This document shows, in pieces, positions 10,087 through 19,030 of a stretch of 64,000 nt of DNA; within the stretch, counting starts at the first letter, position 1; each line of letters opens with the position of its first letter. This DNA is from Candidatus Omnitrophota bacterium (GTDB taxonomy: Bacteria; Omnitrophota; Gorgyraeia; Zapsychrales; Zapsychraceae). The position numbers and the translations under genes are program-made. The notes beneath the pieces were generated by a model, which saw nothing but the letters and a program-made list of their open reading frames with translations, had not been told where the DNA came from and made no database searches. The stretch is from the NCBI GenBank assembly GCA_020632495.1, contig JACKFL010000006.1:780032-844031 (forward strand), given 5' to 3'.

Positions 10087-11234
10087 GGGTCCCCAGTCCC
10101 ATTAAGGTTCTGTTTGTCCATCCCAATAACAAACTGACGGGGCAGGAATTCTCGCTGTTGGAGCGGATGATCGGTCTGCGCCGCATCGGTGGGACCGAGT
10201 GTGCCCTTTTGCTTCCCGAGGAGGGCGATTTCAGTGCCTTGGTGAAGAAGGAGGATTTTTCGGTTCGGCACATTCCCATGCCGCGTTTGAAAAAGCTCAA
10301 TCCGGTCCCGTACTTGAAGACGGTGTTTGCCGTAAAGAAATTGATTCAGACGGACGGTATTCATGTGGTGCATTGTTCGGGTATTTATCCGAATCAATTC
10401 TGCCTGCCGGCGGCGCGAATGAGCGATGTGCCGGTCATCGGCCAGGTGACAACGACCGTGTACAATGACTATGACATCAGTTCCAATTTTGTTTCCAAGA
10501 TCGATTTGCTGATTACCTGTTCACTGGCCGCGAAAAAACATTTGGAAGGCATCCCCGAGCTGGCGACCGGCCTGAAGCCGGAGAATATCCACTGCGTCTA
10601 CGATGGGATTTCCGAAAACACGCACAAGTTCACCGACGAACAGATCGCGGTCCTGCGCGCCGAGTTCGGTATCGCCGAGGATGATCAGGTGGTGGGCCAG
10701 CTTTCCGAAGTGATCCCTCGTAAGGGGTGCGAGTATTTTGTCGAGATGGCGCGCGAGGTCAAGCAGGCGCTGCCCAAAACAAAGTTTCTCATCATCGGCA
10801 AAAGCCATCGGGATGAGTACGAAGAGAATTTGCGCCGGAGCATTGCCGAACACGGACTGGAAAAGGATGTCCTGCTGACGGGGTTTCGCAAAGACTTTTA
10901 CGCCTTTCTGCAGTTGATGGACGTCAGTGTCCTGGCCTCGCTTGCCGAAGGGTTAGGCCGGGTCATTGTGGAATCGCAATATATGGAGAAGCCGATGGTG
11001 GCTACCGCCGTCTCGGGAAACGTCGAGGCTATCGAGGACGGTAAGAGCGGATTTCTGGTGCCGCCTGAGGACCCGTCCGCGCTGGCGGACAAGGTCATCC
11101 GGCTACTCAAGGACGAAGAGCTGCGCCGCAAGTTGGGTGCCAGCGGTTACCTTTCCGCCAAGAACAAGTTCAGCATCGACGGCCACGCGGCCGCTTTGCG
11201 GGAAATTTATGTAACGCTGTTGAAGTCGTTATAA
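10083..11234 (+). CDS. GT4 glycosyltransferase
   Basis: 383 aa. VLFVHPNNKLTGQEFSLLE N-terminus. SLAEGLGRVIVESQYMEKPMVATAVSGNVEAIEDGKSGFLVPP. ATGA overlap with wzy-like gene. Confidence 0.9.
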   Translation: MRVPSPIKVLFVHPNNKLTGQEFSLLERMIGLRRIGGTECALLLPEEGDFSALVKKEDFSVRHIPMPRLKKLNPVPYLKTVFAVKKLIQTDGIHVVHCSGIYPNQFCLPAARMSDVPVIGQVTTTVYNDYDISSNFVSKIDLLITCSLAAKKHLEGIPELATGLKPENIHCVYDGISENTHKFTDEQIAVLRAEFGIAEDDQVVGQLSEVIPRKGCEYFVEMAREVKQALPKTKFLIIGKSHRDEYEENLRRSIAEHGLEKDVLLTGFRKDFYAFLQLMDVSVLASLAEGLGRVIVESQYMEKPMVATAVSGNVEAIEDGKSGFLVPPEDPSALADKVIRLLKDEELRRKLGASGYLSAKNKFSIDGHAAALREIYVTLLKSL

Positions 11235-11259
11235 TCGACTGAGAAGGAATTTTCAAGCC

Positions 11260-12378
11260 GTGACTACGGACAAGGTGATATTACAATTTTCATGCATGCA
11301 TTCGACCAAATACGGGGCCGTGGAGGCATATTTCCGGGAGTCGGTCAAGTACTGCCGTGAAAAGGGATATCTTACAGTCCTGCAGTACGAATCGATGCCG
11401 CAGTCCGCGGATTATTTGAAGGATTTAAGCCGACTGGACGCGCGGATCCTGGTCAGGCCCGTCCCGCTGTCGGTATTCGGCGCTTATACGACCGTGCGTC
11501 AGGTGCTGCGTGAAGTTCGGCCGGTTTTAGTGCATGCTCATTTTGCCGAACGCTTTGTCAAGATGTGGATCCCGTTGCTCGCGCGGCGGGCGGGGGTGGC
11601 GCGCACGCTGTGCTCGGTCCACAATATCCCGGAATACAAAGGGAAGACCTGGGCGCGGCATATTTATAACTTGTACGACAAGGTGCTGGCGGTCAGCAAG
11701 GCGGCGGAGGACGGCTGCCTGACAGGCGGAGTGGACACCGACAGGCTGGTCACACATTATCTCGGTCTTTTCGGCGAGCGGAAACGCTCGGCGGAACTGC
11801 GTCAGACACACCGGAGCCGTATGCAGATCCCGGATAATGCCGTGGTCATCGCGTGCATCGCGTTTGATACTCCCTTCAAAGGCTTGGACCTGCTTCTCAA
11901 GGCGTTTCAACTGGCCGGCCGTAACGAATCCGGGTTGCATCTTGTTCAGATCGGTGTCGATCCCGAACAATCCCGGCTGCCTGCGCTGGCCGCCGAACTG
12001 GGTATCGCCGACCGGGTCCATTGGGCCGGGATCATCGATGAGGGCTGGCGGGTGCTGAATGCCGCCGACATCTATATGCAACCGTCGCGTTTTTCGGAAG
12101 GACTCGGTCTGGCGATCGTTGAGGCCATGGCCTTGCGCCTGCCGGTGATCGGAACGAACATCGGCGGCATCCCCGAGGCGGTTATCGACGGAGAAACCGG
12201 GATAATAACGGAGCCGGACGCAGAAAAGCTGGCCGGCGCCATAAACGGCATGCTGTCGGACCGTGAGACCTGGATGCGGATGGGCGAGGCCGGCTACGAG
12301 CGCTACCGCAAGGTCTTTGACGGACCGCATTCGGTCAGTCAGCTTGTCGATCAGTATTATTTTGCCGATGAGCAGTAA
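11260..12378 (+). CDS. GT4 glycosyltransferase (GTG start)
   Basis: 372 aa. QPSRFSEGLGLAIVEAMALRLPVIGTNIGGIPEAVIDGETGIITEP. Confidence 0.85.
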   Translation: MTTDKVILQFSCMHSTKYGAVEAYFRESVKYCREKGYLTVLQYESMPQSADYLKDLSRLDARILVRPVPLSVFGAYTTVRQVLREVRPVLVHAHFAERFVKMWIPLLARRAGVARTLCSVHNIPEYKGKTWARHIYNLYDKVLAVSKAAEDGCLTGGVDTDRLVTHYLGLFGERKRSAELRQTHRSRMQIPDNAVVIACIAFDTPFKGLDLLLKAFQLAGRNESGLHLVQIGVDPEQSRLPALAAELGIADRVHWAGIIDEGWRVLNAADIYMQPSRFSEGLGLAIVEAMALRLPVIGTNIGGIPEAVIDGETGIITEPDAEKLAGAINGMLSDRETWMRMGEAGYERYRKVFDGPHSVSQLVDQYYFADEQ

Positions 12379-13282
12379 CCGCAATCCGGAAACCAGTATC
12401 GTTACGCCGACATATAACCGCGCGGCCCTGCTGCCCGGGCTGCTGGCTAATGTGCGGGCGCAGACCTGCCAGGATTTCGAATTGATCGTCGTCGACGACG
12501 GTTCGACGGACGATACGGAGCGGGTGATGGCTGAATACACCGCCGCCGAACCCCAACGGATCCGATATATCCGCCAGAAAAACCGGGGCTCGGGCGCGGC
12601 GCGCAATGCCGGGATCCGGGAGGCGCGCGGCAAGTATGTGGCCTTTCTGGATTCGGACGACGCCTGGGATCCGCGGTATCTGGAGCGCGCCGTCGGCGCG
12701 TTAACGTCGGGACGGTACCATTGGGCGGTGACCGCCTGCGAGCGTATTGATATCGATGCCGAGGGGAACGAACGCTCCCGGTCCGTGATCGGCTGTGATA
12801 TTCAGCGCGAAGGATCCTTTTTCGAACGGGAGTTGTCCGTATACGAAGGGTTGCTCACCGGCAACGTGATCGGGGAGACGTCCCGTGTGGTCGTGACCAA
12901 GCAGGCCCTTCACGTGGTGGGCGGTTTTCGCGAAGACTTGAAGCTCAGCCAGGACTACGAGCTGTGGTTGCGTCTGGCGCGGGAGAATTATTTTCTGACG
13001 GTGATCGATGAACCGTTGGTCGCCTATCGTAAAAGCATCGACAGCGTCACCAAGACACGCTTCGTGGAGGCGTTGACATTCGGGTACCGCATCATCAGGG
13101 AATACAGCCGGGACGCCATTGAACGGGATCCGCTGTTCGCCAAGTTTTACGCTCAGAAAATGCGAATCTACGCGCGCGATGTCTACTGCAGCCGGCCGTT
13201 GCGCTTGCTTTTTTTGTTGCGGTGTCTGGTGAGCCGTCTGCGTTTCGGGCTTATCTATCAAGTTAGGAACAGGAACTCATGA
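12368..13282 (+). CDS. GT2 glycosyltransferase
   Basis: ATG at 12368 gives MSSNRNPETSIVTPTYNRAALLPGLLANVRAQTCQDFELIVVDDGSTDDT...FLDSDD (GT-A DxD). The upstream part of ORF 12263.. only overlaps the previous gene. Confidence 0.85.
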   Translation: MSSNRNPETSIVTPTYNRAALLPGLLANVRAQTCQDFELIVVDDGSTDDTERVMAEYTAAEPQRIRYIRQKNRGSGAARNAGIREARGKYVAFLDSDDAWDPRYLERAVGALTSGRYHWAVTACERIDIDAEGNERSRSVIGCDIQREGSFFERELSVYEGLLTGNVIGETSRVVVTKQALHVVGGFREDLKLSQDYELWLRLARENYFLTVIDEPLVAYRKSIDSVTKTRFVEALTFGYRIIREYSRDAIERDPLFAKFYAQKMRIYARDVYCSRPLRLLFLLRCLVSRLRFGLIYQVRNRNS

Positions 13283-14043
13283 GTAAAGAGCGGATCATTT
13301 TGATGTATCACGGAATCGTCAACGGGCAGGATCCCGTTCCGCCCGGGCGTGAGGTCGGTGCCGATCTCTATGACGTGACCGAGTCCAATTTCCGGGACCA
13401 GCTGACCATGCTGCGTGAGAAAAACATCAAGGTCAAACGGATCGAAGAGGCGGGGACGGTGGACGTTGTCATCACCTTCGACGACGGGGAAGCCAACAAC
13501 TGCCGGACAGCCTTGCCGATCCTCAAGGAATTCGGCTATCCTGCCTATTTTTTTGTGATCACCCGCCGGGTGGGCCGGCCCGGGTACATGACCATGGACG
13601 AGCTGAAGACAATGGTCGCCAACGGCATGGTCATCGGATCGCATGGGATGAGTCATGAAATCCTCACCAATCTGAAAGATACGCAGATTGAAGAAGAGCT
13701 TGCTGCCTCCCGCCGGTATCTGGAGCGCAATCTGGAGACCGAAATCCGGGACTTTTCTATCCCGCGCGGTTTCTGCAACGACAAGATTTTAAGAATGGCC
13801 TATGCGGCCGGCTACAAGAATGTGTTTATTTCAGACCGTCCCCGGGACCTGTCCGATGAACAGTGCCACGCGCGGGTCGCGGTCAAACAAAACTGGGACC
13901 TCGCGCGGTTTGAACTGGCAATCAAGGGGGAAGTCCCTGTCAAAGAGGCCTTCATGGAAAGGACCAAGAACCTCACCAAGTTGGTTCTGCGTGAAGGGGG
14001 GTACAATTGGTTGCGACAAGTGTTTATCAAAATTATGAAGTGA
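13279..14043 (+). CDS. Polysaccharide deacetylase (NodB homology domain)
   Basis: ILMYHGI...VVITFDDGEANNCRTALPILKEFGYPAYFFV...GMVIGSHGMSHE. ATGA overlap with the GT2 gene. Deacetylases of this type are a known component of exosortase loci. Confidence 0.85.
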   Translation: MSKERIILMYHGIVNGQDPVPPGREVGADLYDVTESNFRDQLTMLREKNIKVKRIEEAGTVDVVITFDDGEANNCRTALPILKEFGYPAYFFVITRRVGRPGYMTMDELKTMVANGMVIGSHGMSHEILTNLKDTQIEEELAASRRYLERNLETEIRDFSIPRGFCNDKILRMAYAAGYKNVFISDRPRDLSDEQCHARVAVKQNWDLARFELAIKGEVPVKEAFMERTKNLTKLVLREGGYNWLRQVFIKIMK

Positions 14044-14246
14044 AGCTTTCATGTGAATTTTGCTGGTATATGATCTATTGAAAAAGAAAACCGAGGGTAT
14101 GGGGTCCGATTTTCTTAGTGTAAATTCGAGGAATAAAATTGGCAGGTAAGTAAAAGTCTATGCGAAGTAGAAAATCATTAGAATAAAAGACTGCCCAAAT
14201 AGACTGCGTTCGTCCGGACCGGACAGACCAGCTGTTTCAATGCGCT

Positions 14247-15398
14247 ATGAGTATAATTCTCTGGATCTCGATATTTTTAATACTTTGGTGTTACCTGCTT
14301 TATCCGTTATCGGCGGCGGCGTTCGCGCGGGCGGCCGAGCGGAAAGTGGCCAAAGGGGAGTATTGCCCCACCGTCTCGGTGGTCATTTCGGTCTGGAATG
14401 AAGAGGATGTGATCGAGGCCAAGCTGAGGAACTTTCTGGCGCTGGATTATCCGGTCGATAAGTTCGAAATCCTGATCGGTTCCGACGGCTCCACCGATCG
14501 GACCAACGCGATCGTAAAAAGTTTTACCGATCCGCGGGTGCGTCTGATCGAACATGCCGAACGTCGAGGCAAGATGGCGACGTTGAATGACCTGGTCGCC
14601 AAGGCGCGACATGAAGTTATCGTATTCACCGACGCGCGGCAGGAGTTTGCCGCCGACGCGATCCGTCAGCTGGTGGCAAACTTCGCGGACCAGAGCGTCG
14701 GATGCGTGTCCGGAGAACTGATGTTCTCGCGGAAAGAGGGAGCAACGGCGCGCGGCATCAATCTCTACTGGAATTATGAGAAATTTATGCGCAAATGCGA
14801 GAGCCGCATCCACTCGATGCTGGGCGCGACCGGCGCGGTCTATGCGATCCGGAAGGCGCTCTACCCGACGGTTCCCGCGGAGGTGGTCTTGGACGACGTG
14901 TACATCCCGCTGAAGATTGTGCAGCAAGGCTACCGGGCGATCTTCGACGGGGAGGCCAAGGCTTACGATGAGGTGGCGGACAGTCCCCGCGAAGAGTACC
15001 GCCGCAAGGCGCGGACTTTGTATGGCAATTGGCAGGTGTTCCGGATATTTATCGGTCTGTTCAATCCCCTTGCCAGTCCGGTCGCCGTTCAGCTCTTTTC
15101 GCACAAGTTTCTGCGGGTCGCGGCGCCGTTTTTGCTTATTGGAATTTTTTGTCTCAACATGCTGTTGTGGAGTGAACCGTTTTACCGCGGATTGATGACT
15201 CTGCAACTGCTTTTTTACGTCATGGCCGCGGTCGGCGGGTTGGCAAGGCACCAAAAGTATGGTATGCTCAGGATCTTGTCCAAAGTGTGTTACATACCGT
15301 ATGTCTTCTGTTTATTGAACTTTTCGGCCCTTATAGGATTCGTCCGTTTCATGAGTGCCGGTCAGCAGATTACCTGGGAAAAGGCGAGGGCCCGATAA
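14247..15398 (+). CDS. Membrane-embedded GT2 glycosyltransferase (synthase-like, N- and C-terminal TM helices)
   Basis: 383 aa. TM, then VSVVISVWNEEDVIEAKLRNFLALDYP..ILIGSDGSTDRT...FTDARQ, then C-terminal TM helices. Stop overlaps the exosortase ATG (TAATG). Confidence 0.85.
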   Translation: MSIILWISIFLILWCYLLYPLSAAAFARAAERKVAKGEYCPTVSVVISVWNEEDVIEAKLRNFLALDYPVDKFEILIGSDGSTDRTNAIVKSFTDPRVRLIEHAERRGKMATLNDLVAKARHEVIVFTDARQEFAADAIRQLVANFADQSVGCVSGELMFSRKEGATARGINLYWNYEKFMRKCESRIHSMLGATGAVYAIRKALYPTVPAEVVLDDVYIPLKIVQQGYRAIFDGEAKAYDEVADSPREEYRRKARTLYGNWQVFRIFIGLFNPLASPVAVQLFSHKFLRVAAPFLLIGIFCLNMLLWSEPFYRGLMTLQLLFYVMAAVGGLARHQKYGMLRILSKVCYIPYVFCLLNFSALIGFVRFMSAGQQITWEKARAR

Positions 15399-16231
15399 TG
15401 GACTATGTGATGAAATTAGCGCGAATGCATCAAAAACTGCTCTTGGCATTAATTGTCATGATCGCAGCTTACTTTCCCACCATTTTGTGGATGTATGACC
15501 GCTGGATTGCCCGTGATTCGTATTACTCACACGGATTTCTCATTCCGATCGTCAGCCTGGCTTTGATCTACTGGAACAAGGAGGAGCTGGCCGAGATCAA
15601 ATGGAAAGAGTCCCCGTGGGGGATGCGGCTGATTATTGCCGGGGCGGTCCTGCACCTGCTGGCGAGCCATCCGAATGTCCGCATTTACTTTGTGTCAGGG
15701 TTTTCGATGCTGGTGTTGATTTGCGGTCTGGTGTTGTACCTCTACGGCGAGGAGATCTTCAGGCGGATCCTTTTTCCGCTGTTTTTCCTGATCTTCATGG
15801 TGCCGATGCCGCTGGTTGTCATCAACAAGATCAGTCTCCAGTTGAAAATGTTTGCCGCGGAATTGGCGACGATGGTGCTGAATAATATGGGCATCCAGGC
15901 CCTGCGGGACGGGAGTATCATCAAAATGCGGCACGCCCATGTCACGGTCGACGATGTGTGCAGCGGGTTGCGGTCGCTGATTTCGCTCACGGCGCTGGGC
16001 AGCATCTGCGCCTACTGGCTGAAGGCGGCGATGTGGAAACGGCTCACGCTGTTTGCCTCGACGATCCCGATTGCCATTATCACCAACATGTGCCGGGTGG
16101 TGGCGTTGTCCGCGATCAGCGAGATTTGGGGGACGGAGTACGCCGAGGGTTTCGTCCATGACTTTTTGGGATTTATGGTATTCGCCCTTGCGTTTATTAT
16201 GCTGATGGCGGTCGGGAAGCTGCTGGAATGA
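15398..16231 (+). CDS. Exosortase (XrtA/EpsH-like)
   Basis: ATG at 15398: MDYVMKLARMHQKLLLALIVMIAAYFPTILWMYDRWIARDSYYSHGFLIP. Catalytic-type motifs present: DDVCSGLRSLISL (Cys/Arg), IITNMCRVVAL, FVHDFLGFMVF. About 8 TM helices. Confidence 0.85.
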   Translation: MDYVMKLARMHQKLLLALIVMIAAYFPTILWMYDRWIARDSYYSHGFLIPIVSLALIYWNKEELAEIKWKESPWGMRLIIAGAVLHLLASHPNVRIYFVSGFSMLVLICGLVLYLYGEEIFRRILFPLFFLIFMVPMPLVVINKISLQLKMFAAELATMVLNNMGIQALRDGSIIKMRHAHVTVDDVCSGLRSLISLTALGSICAYWLKAAMWKRLTLFASTIPIAIITNMCRVVALSAISEIWGTEYAEGFVHDFLGFMVFALAFIMLMAVGKLLE

Positions 16232-16857
16232 AAATCAACAAATTTGTCATCATCCTGTTACTCATCGTGGGGGCGGGGGCTGTGTCCTGGACGACCTATC
16301 TGAAGGAATTCAACGAGGAGGACACCGTCAGCATCCACTCGTTTCCGAAGGAAATCAACGGCTGGGTTTCCGAGGAATTGCCGATCACGGAGGACGAATA
16401 CGCAATCCTGGAGACCCGCAACGTATTTACCCGCAAGTATACTGGCCCGAAGGGCCAGATCGTATATTTCTTTACCGTGTATTCCCAGTATAACCGCAAG
16501 GTCGCCCACCCCCCGGAGGTGTGCTACACCGGCAGTGGGATCAAGGTCGTCAGCAACACCGTGGACGCCATCCCTATCCCCGAGCACAACGTAACCATAA
16601 AAGCCCACAAACTACGGCTGGAACGGCGCCAGCTGAAGCAGGTGGCCTACTATTGGTTCAAAGTCGGTGATTCTTTTACGCCCAGCTATTGGCAGCAGCA
16701 GCTGCGTATAGCCATCAAGAACCTCCTCGGGCGCCCCGAAGGCAGCGCCCTTATCCGTGTCTCCGCGGTTTATAATGATGACGACCAGCAGGCCGTGGAA
16801 GACATCAAAGAGTTCACCCGCCTGGTTTTACCCGCCATCTACAAGCACCTGCCTTAA
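16228..16857 (+). CDS. EpsI-family exosortase-associated protein
   Basis: 209 aa. N-terminal anchor, then FPKEINGWVSEELPITEDEYAILETRNVFTRKYT...VAHPPEVCYTGSG...YYWFKVG...ALIRVSA. ATGA overlap with exosortase. Confidence 0.8.
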   Translation: MKINKFVIILLLIVGAGAVSWTTYLKEFNEEDTVSIHSFPKEINGWVSEELPITEDEYAILETRNVFTRKYTGPKGQIVYFFTVYSQYNRKVAHPPEVCYTGSGIKVVSNTVDAIPIPEHNVTIKAHKLRLERRQLKQVAYYWFKVGDSFTPSYWQQQLRIAIKNLLGRPEGSALIRVSAVYNDDDQQAVEDIKEFTRLVLPAIYKHLP

Positions 16858-16895
16858 TAATAAAGACAAATAAATACTACATGTGTATAAATGCG

Positions 16896-16974
16896 TTGTT
16901 GCGTGTCCACAACAAATGTTTAATTAATTGAACATTAGTTGGGATGGTCTGTCTAGGACTGTCCGGGTAAGTCC
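16896..16974. promoter_or_regulatory. Cluster of palindromes 100-180 bp upstream of the sigma-54 promoter (candidate enhancer/UAS sites)
   Basis: TTGTTGcgtgtccaCAACAA (16896..16915). AATGTTtaattaattgAACATT (16915..16936). GGACTgtccgggtaAGTCC (16956..16974). The position fits bEBP enhancer geometry; binding is not demonstrated. Confidence 0.3.
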
Positions 16975-17073
16975 CGCCTGAGCTTGCTTTTTAGTTCCCC
17001 CAGAATTACGTAAGTCATTGAAATATATAGTAATCGTGTGCAGGTCGATAAATATCTCCCGGTCTATCAGGAT

Positions 17074-17089
17074 TGGCACGCATATTGCT
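17074..17089 (+). promoter_or_regulatory. Sigma-54 (-24/-12) promoter
   Basis: TGGCACgcataTTGCT matches the TGGCAC-N5-TTGCW consensus. It lies 51 nt upstream of the ATG at 17140, and a sigma-54-dependent activator is encoded 5.5 kb downstream. Confidence 0.65.
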
Positions 17090-17139
17090 CCCTACAGAGG
17101 CAAGTATACATTCTTGGAAACGCTTTCACGAGGAACGAA

Positions 17140-17994
17140 ATGACAAAAAAGAGACGACAGCTTAAGAAAAGACAACGCATCCTGACGACGATTATGGTGA
17201 TGCTTTTTGGCGTATGCGTGGCTTCTGCCTGGGCGACGGTATCCTTCGTCAAGACCGAGCCGGCTTCCCAATATACGGCTCAGACCGCTGATGCCGGTCG
17301 CACGGAAGAGGTAATCCAGCCAGCCAAGTCCCACGCGCCGGAGCCGTCAACCCTGGCCTTGTTCGGGGGAGGCTTCTTGGGCATGGTGATCAGCATCGTC
17401 CGCCAGACCTATGAGGCGGCCAAACGGGCCTTCGATATCGTCGCCAGCACCTTGGGTGCCATTATCCTGTCACCGTTGATGCTCTTGGCCGTGATTCTGG
17501 TCAAGTGCACCTCCAAAGGGCCGATCATCTATTCGCAAACCCGGGTCGGTAAGGATGGCAAGCATTTCAAGATCTACAAGTTCCGTACCATGCGGGTGGA
17601 TGCGGAAAAGAACACCGGACCGGTGTGGGCCGCCAAGAACGACAAGCGACTGACTCCGGTAGGGGCATTCCTGCGCAAATCCCACATTGATGAGTTGCCG
17701 CAGTTGTTCAATGTACTGAAAGGGGAAATGTCCGTCATCGGTCCCCGTCCGGAACGTCCCGTATTCGTTCAGGAATTCAGCGAAGTTATCCCGAACTACA
17801 CCCGCCGTCTGCTGGTCAAGCCCGGAATTACCGGTTTGGCGCAGGTTTGGCACCGTTACGATGAAACCATTCAGGACGTGAAGAAGAAAGTTCGTTACGA
17901 CCTGCTCTACATAAAGAAAATGTGCATTTGGGCCGACTTGAATATCATCCTGCGGACGGTCCGCGTGGTGATTACCGGGGAAGGGGCCCGCTAG
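17140..17994 (+). CDS. Polyprenyl-phosphate sugar phosphotransferase (priming sugar transferase, WbaP/PglC-type catalytic domain) with an N-terminal extension carrying a PEP-CTERM-like motif
   Basis: RBS GAGGA 5 nt before the ATG at 17140. Catalytic core KRAFDIVASTLGAIILSPLMLLAVILVKCTSKGPIIYSQTRVGKDGKHFKIYKFRTMRVDAE...DELPQLFNVLKGEMSVIGPRPERP. N-terminal extension: MTKKRRQLKKRQR, TM, about 30-aa loop, PEPSTLALFGGGFLGMVISIVRQ. An alternative in-frame ATG at 17383 would remove the extension. Confidence 0.8.
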   Translation: MTKKRRQLKKRQRILTTIMVMLFGVCVASAWATVSFVKTEPASQYTAQTADAGRTEEVIQPAKSHAPEPSTLALFGGGFLGMVISIVRQTYEAAKRAFDIVASTLGAIILSPLMLLAVILVKCTSKGPIIYSQTRVGKDGKHFKIYKFRTMRVDAEKNTGPVWAAKNDKRLTPVGAFLRKSHIDELPQLFNVLKGEMSVIGPRPERPVFVQEFSEVIPNYTRRLLVKPGITGLAQVWHRYDETIQDVKKKVRYDLLYIKKMCIWADLNIILRTVRVVITGEGAR

Positions 17995-18085
17995 GCAACC
18001 TAATAATAGCATCCAGCGTGATGTTTGACATAAATCTCACTAGCAAAAACAGCAAATGAATCGAATCAAAAGGGGAGTAATCAGA

Positions 18086-18946
18086 ATGAAGAAATTAGTT
18101 TTCGCACTCACAATGACACTTTCGACAGCATTCATCGCGACAAGTGTTATGGCTGATCCTGGACCCTACGACACAAGCCATTGTACCGATACCAATGGCG
18201 GCGTGTTCACGGCCTGTGAAGCCAACAACAACGTTGATATCTTCAACGCGATCAACAAAGTATTCACGGACAGAGGCCTGGCGTCTCCCGGGTTTACAGA
18301 CAATGAAGGAACGGACAGCCTGCAATATACAGGCGCCAACGAATTCTGGCAAGAAATCGCTGACGGTGATTCTTCTGAATTCGCCTTCATCTCTATTACA
18401 GCGTCCAACGTGAACCAACTGGGTGTTTTCCCGGCTGGTGGATCCGCAGCGGCATCGACATTCTTCACGCTGTCGTTTACCGGCGACCTGTTTACCGGAA
18501 ACGGTAGCATGGCCAATCCGTACCCGGGTTTCATTAACCCGCTGGCAGGGTCAAATTTCGGATTCTCACTCAAGTCTGACCCGGCCGTCGGCCCGGATAT
18601 GATTTGGGCTTCCGAAGTTGCCCAGAACTCAGACGGAATCGACCACATGCTGACTTTTCAACTGCAGGATTTGGCTAAGCAGAGCGTTTACATCAAGGTT
18701 GATTACAACAACGACGGTGACCTGACCAATGACGGTGACAACGTGATCGAAGTCGTTTTGGACGAAGACACGTTCCTGCTGGCCTGGGAAGACAAGCCGC
18801 AAAATACTTTCGACTCCGACTACAACGATGCCATTTTCTTGGTAACAAGACTTGAGCCGACCGTTGTTCCGGAACCGATGAGCATGGTTCTCTTCGGCGG
18901 TGGTTTGGCCGGATTGGCAGCAACTCGTAAAAGAAAAATCAGCTAA
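18086..18946 (+). CDS. PEP-CTERM sorting-domain protein with DUF4114-like domain
   Basis: RBS AAGGGGAG before the ATG at 18086. Signal peptide MKKLVFALTMTLSTAFIATSVMA. DUF4114-like FLLAWEDKPQNTFDSDYNDAIFLV. C-terminus VPEPMSMVLFGGGLAGLAATRKRKIS. Confidence 0.85.
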   Translation: MKKLVFALTMTLSTAFIATSVMADPGPYDTSHCTDTNGGVFTACEANNNVDIFNAINKVFTDRGLASPGFTDNEGTDSLQYTGANEFWQEIADGDSSEFAFISITASNVNQLGVFPAGGSAAASTFFTLSFTGDLFTGNGSMANPYPGFINPLAGSNFGFSLKSDPAVGPDMIWASEVAQNSDGIDHMLTFQLQDLAKQSVYIKVDYNNDGDLTNDGDNVIEVVLDEDTFLLAWEDKPQNTFDSDYNDAIFLVTRLEPTVVPEPMSMVLFGGGLAGLAATRKRKIS

Positions 18947-19030
18947 TTTAACAGGCTGACTTTTGTAGCACTATAATCTCTTGAGCGAAGTCTGCTTAAG
19001 AGAAATCTGAAGGAAGGAGGGCTCGTCCCG

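Noticed and set aside
11527-12633. Long antisense ORFs, for example 11527..12633 (368 aa), 14307..15254 (315 aa), 20554..21402 (282 aa), 39485..40297 (270 aa), 41568..42350 (260 aa), 2855..3589 and 3853..4476.
   Set aside because: Each lies opposite a sense-strand gene with clear family motifs. Their translations are Arg/Gly/Pro/His-rich with no motifs, which is the usual stop-poor antisense frame of GC-rich coding DNA.
14139-14156. TTGGCAGGTAAGTAAAAG as a second sigma-54 promoter in front of the GT2-exosortase unit.
   Set aside because: It has the -24 GG, but no GC at the -12 position (TAA instead of TGC).
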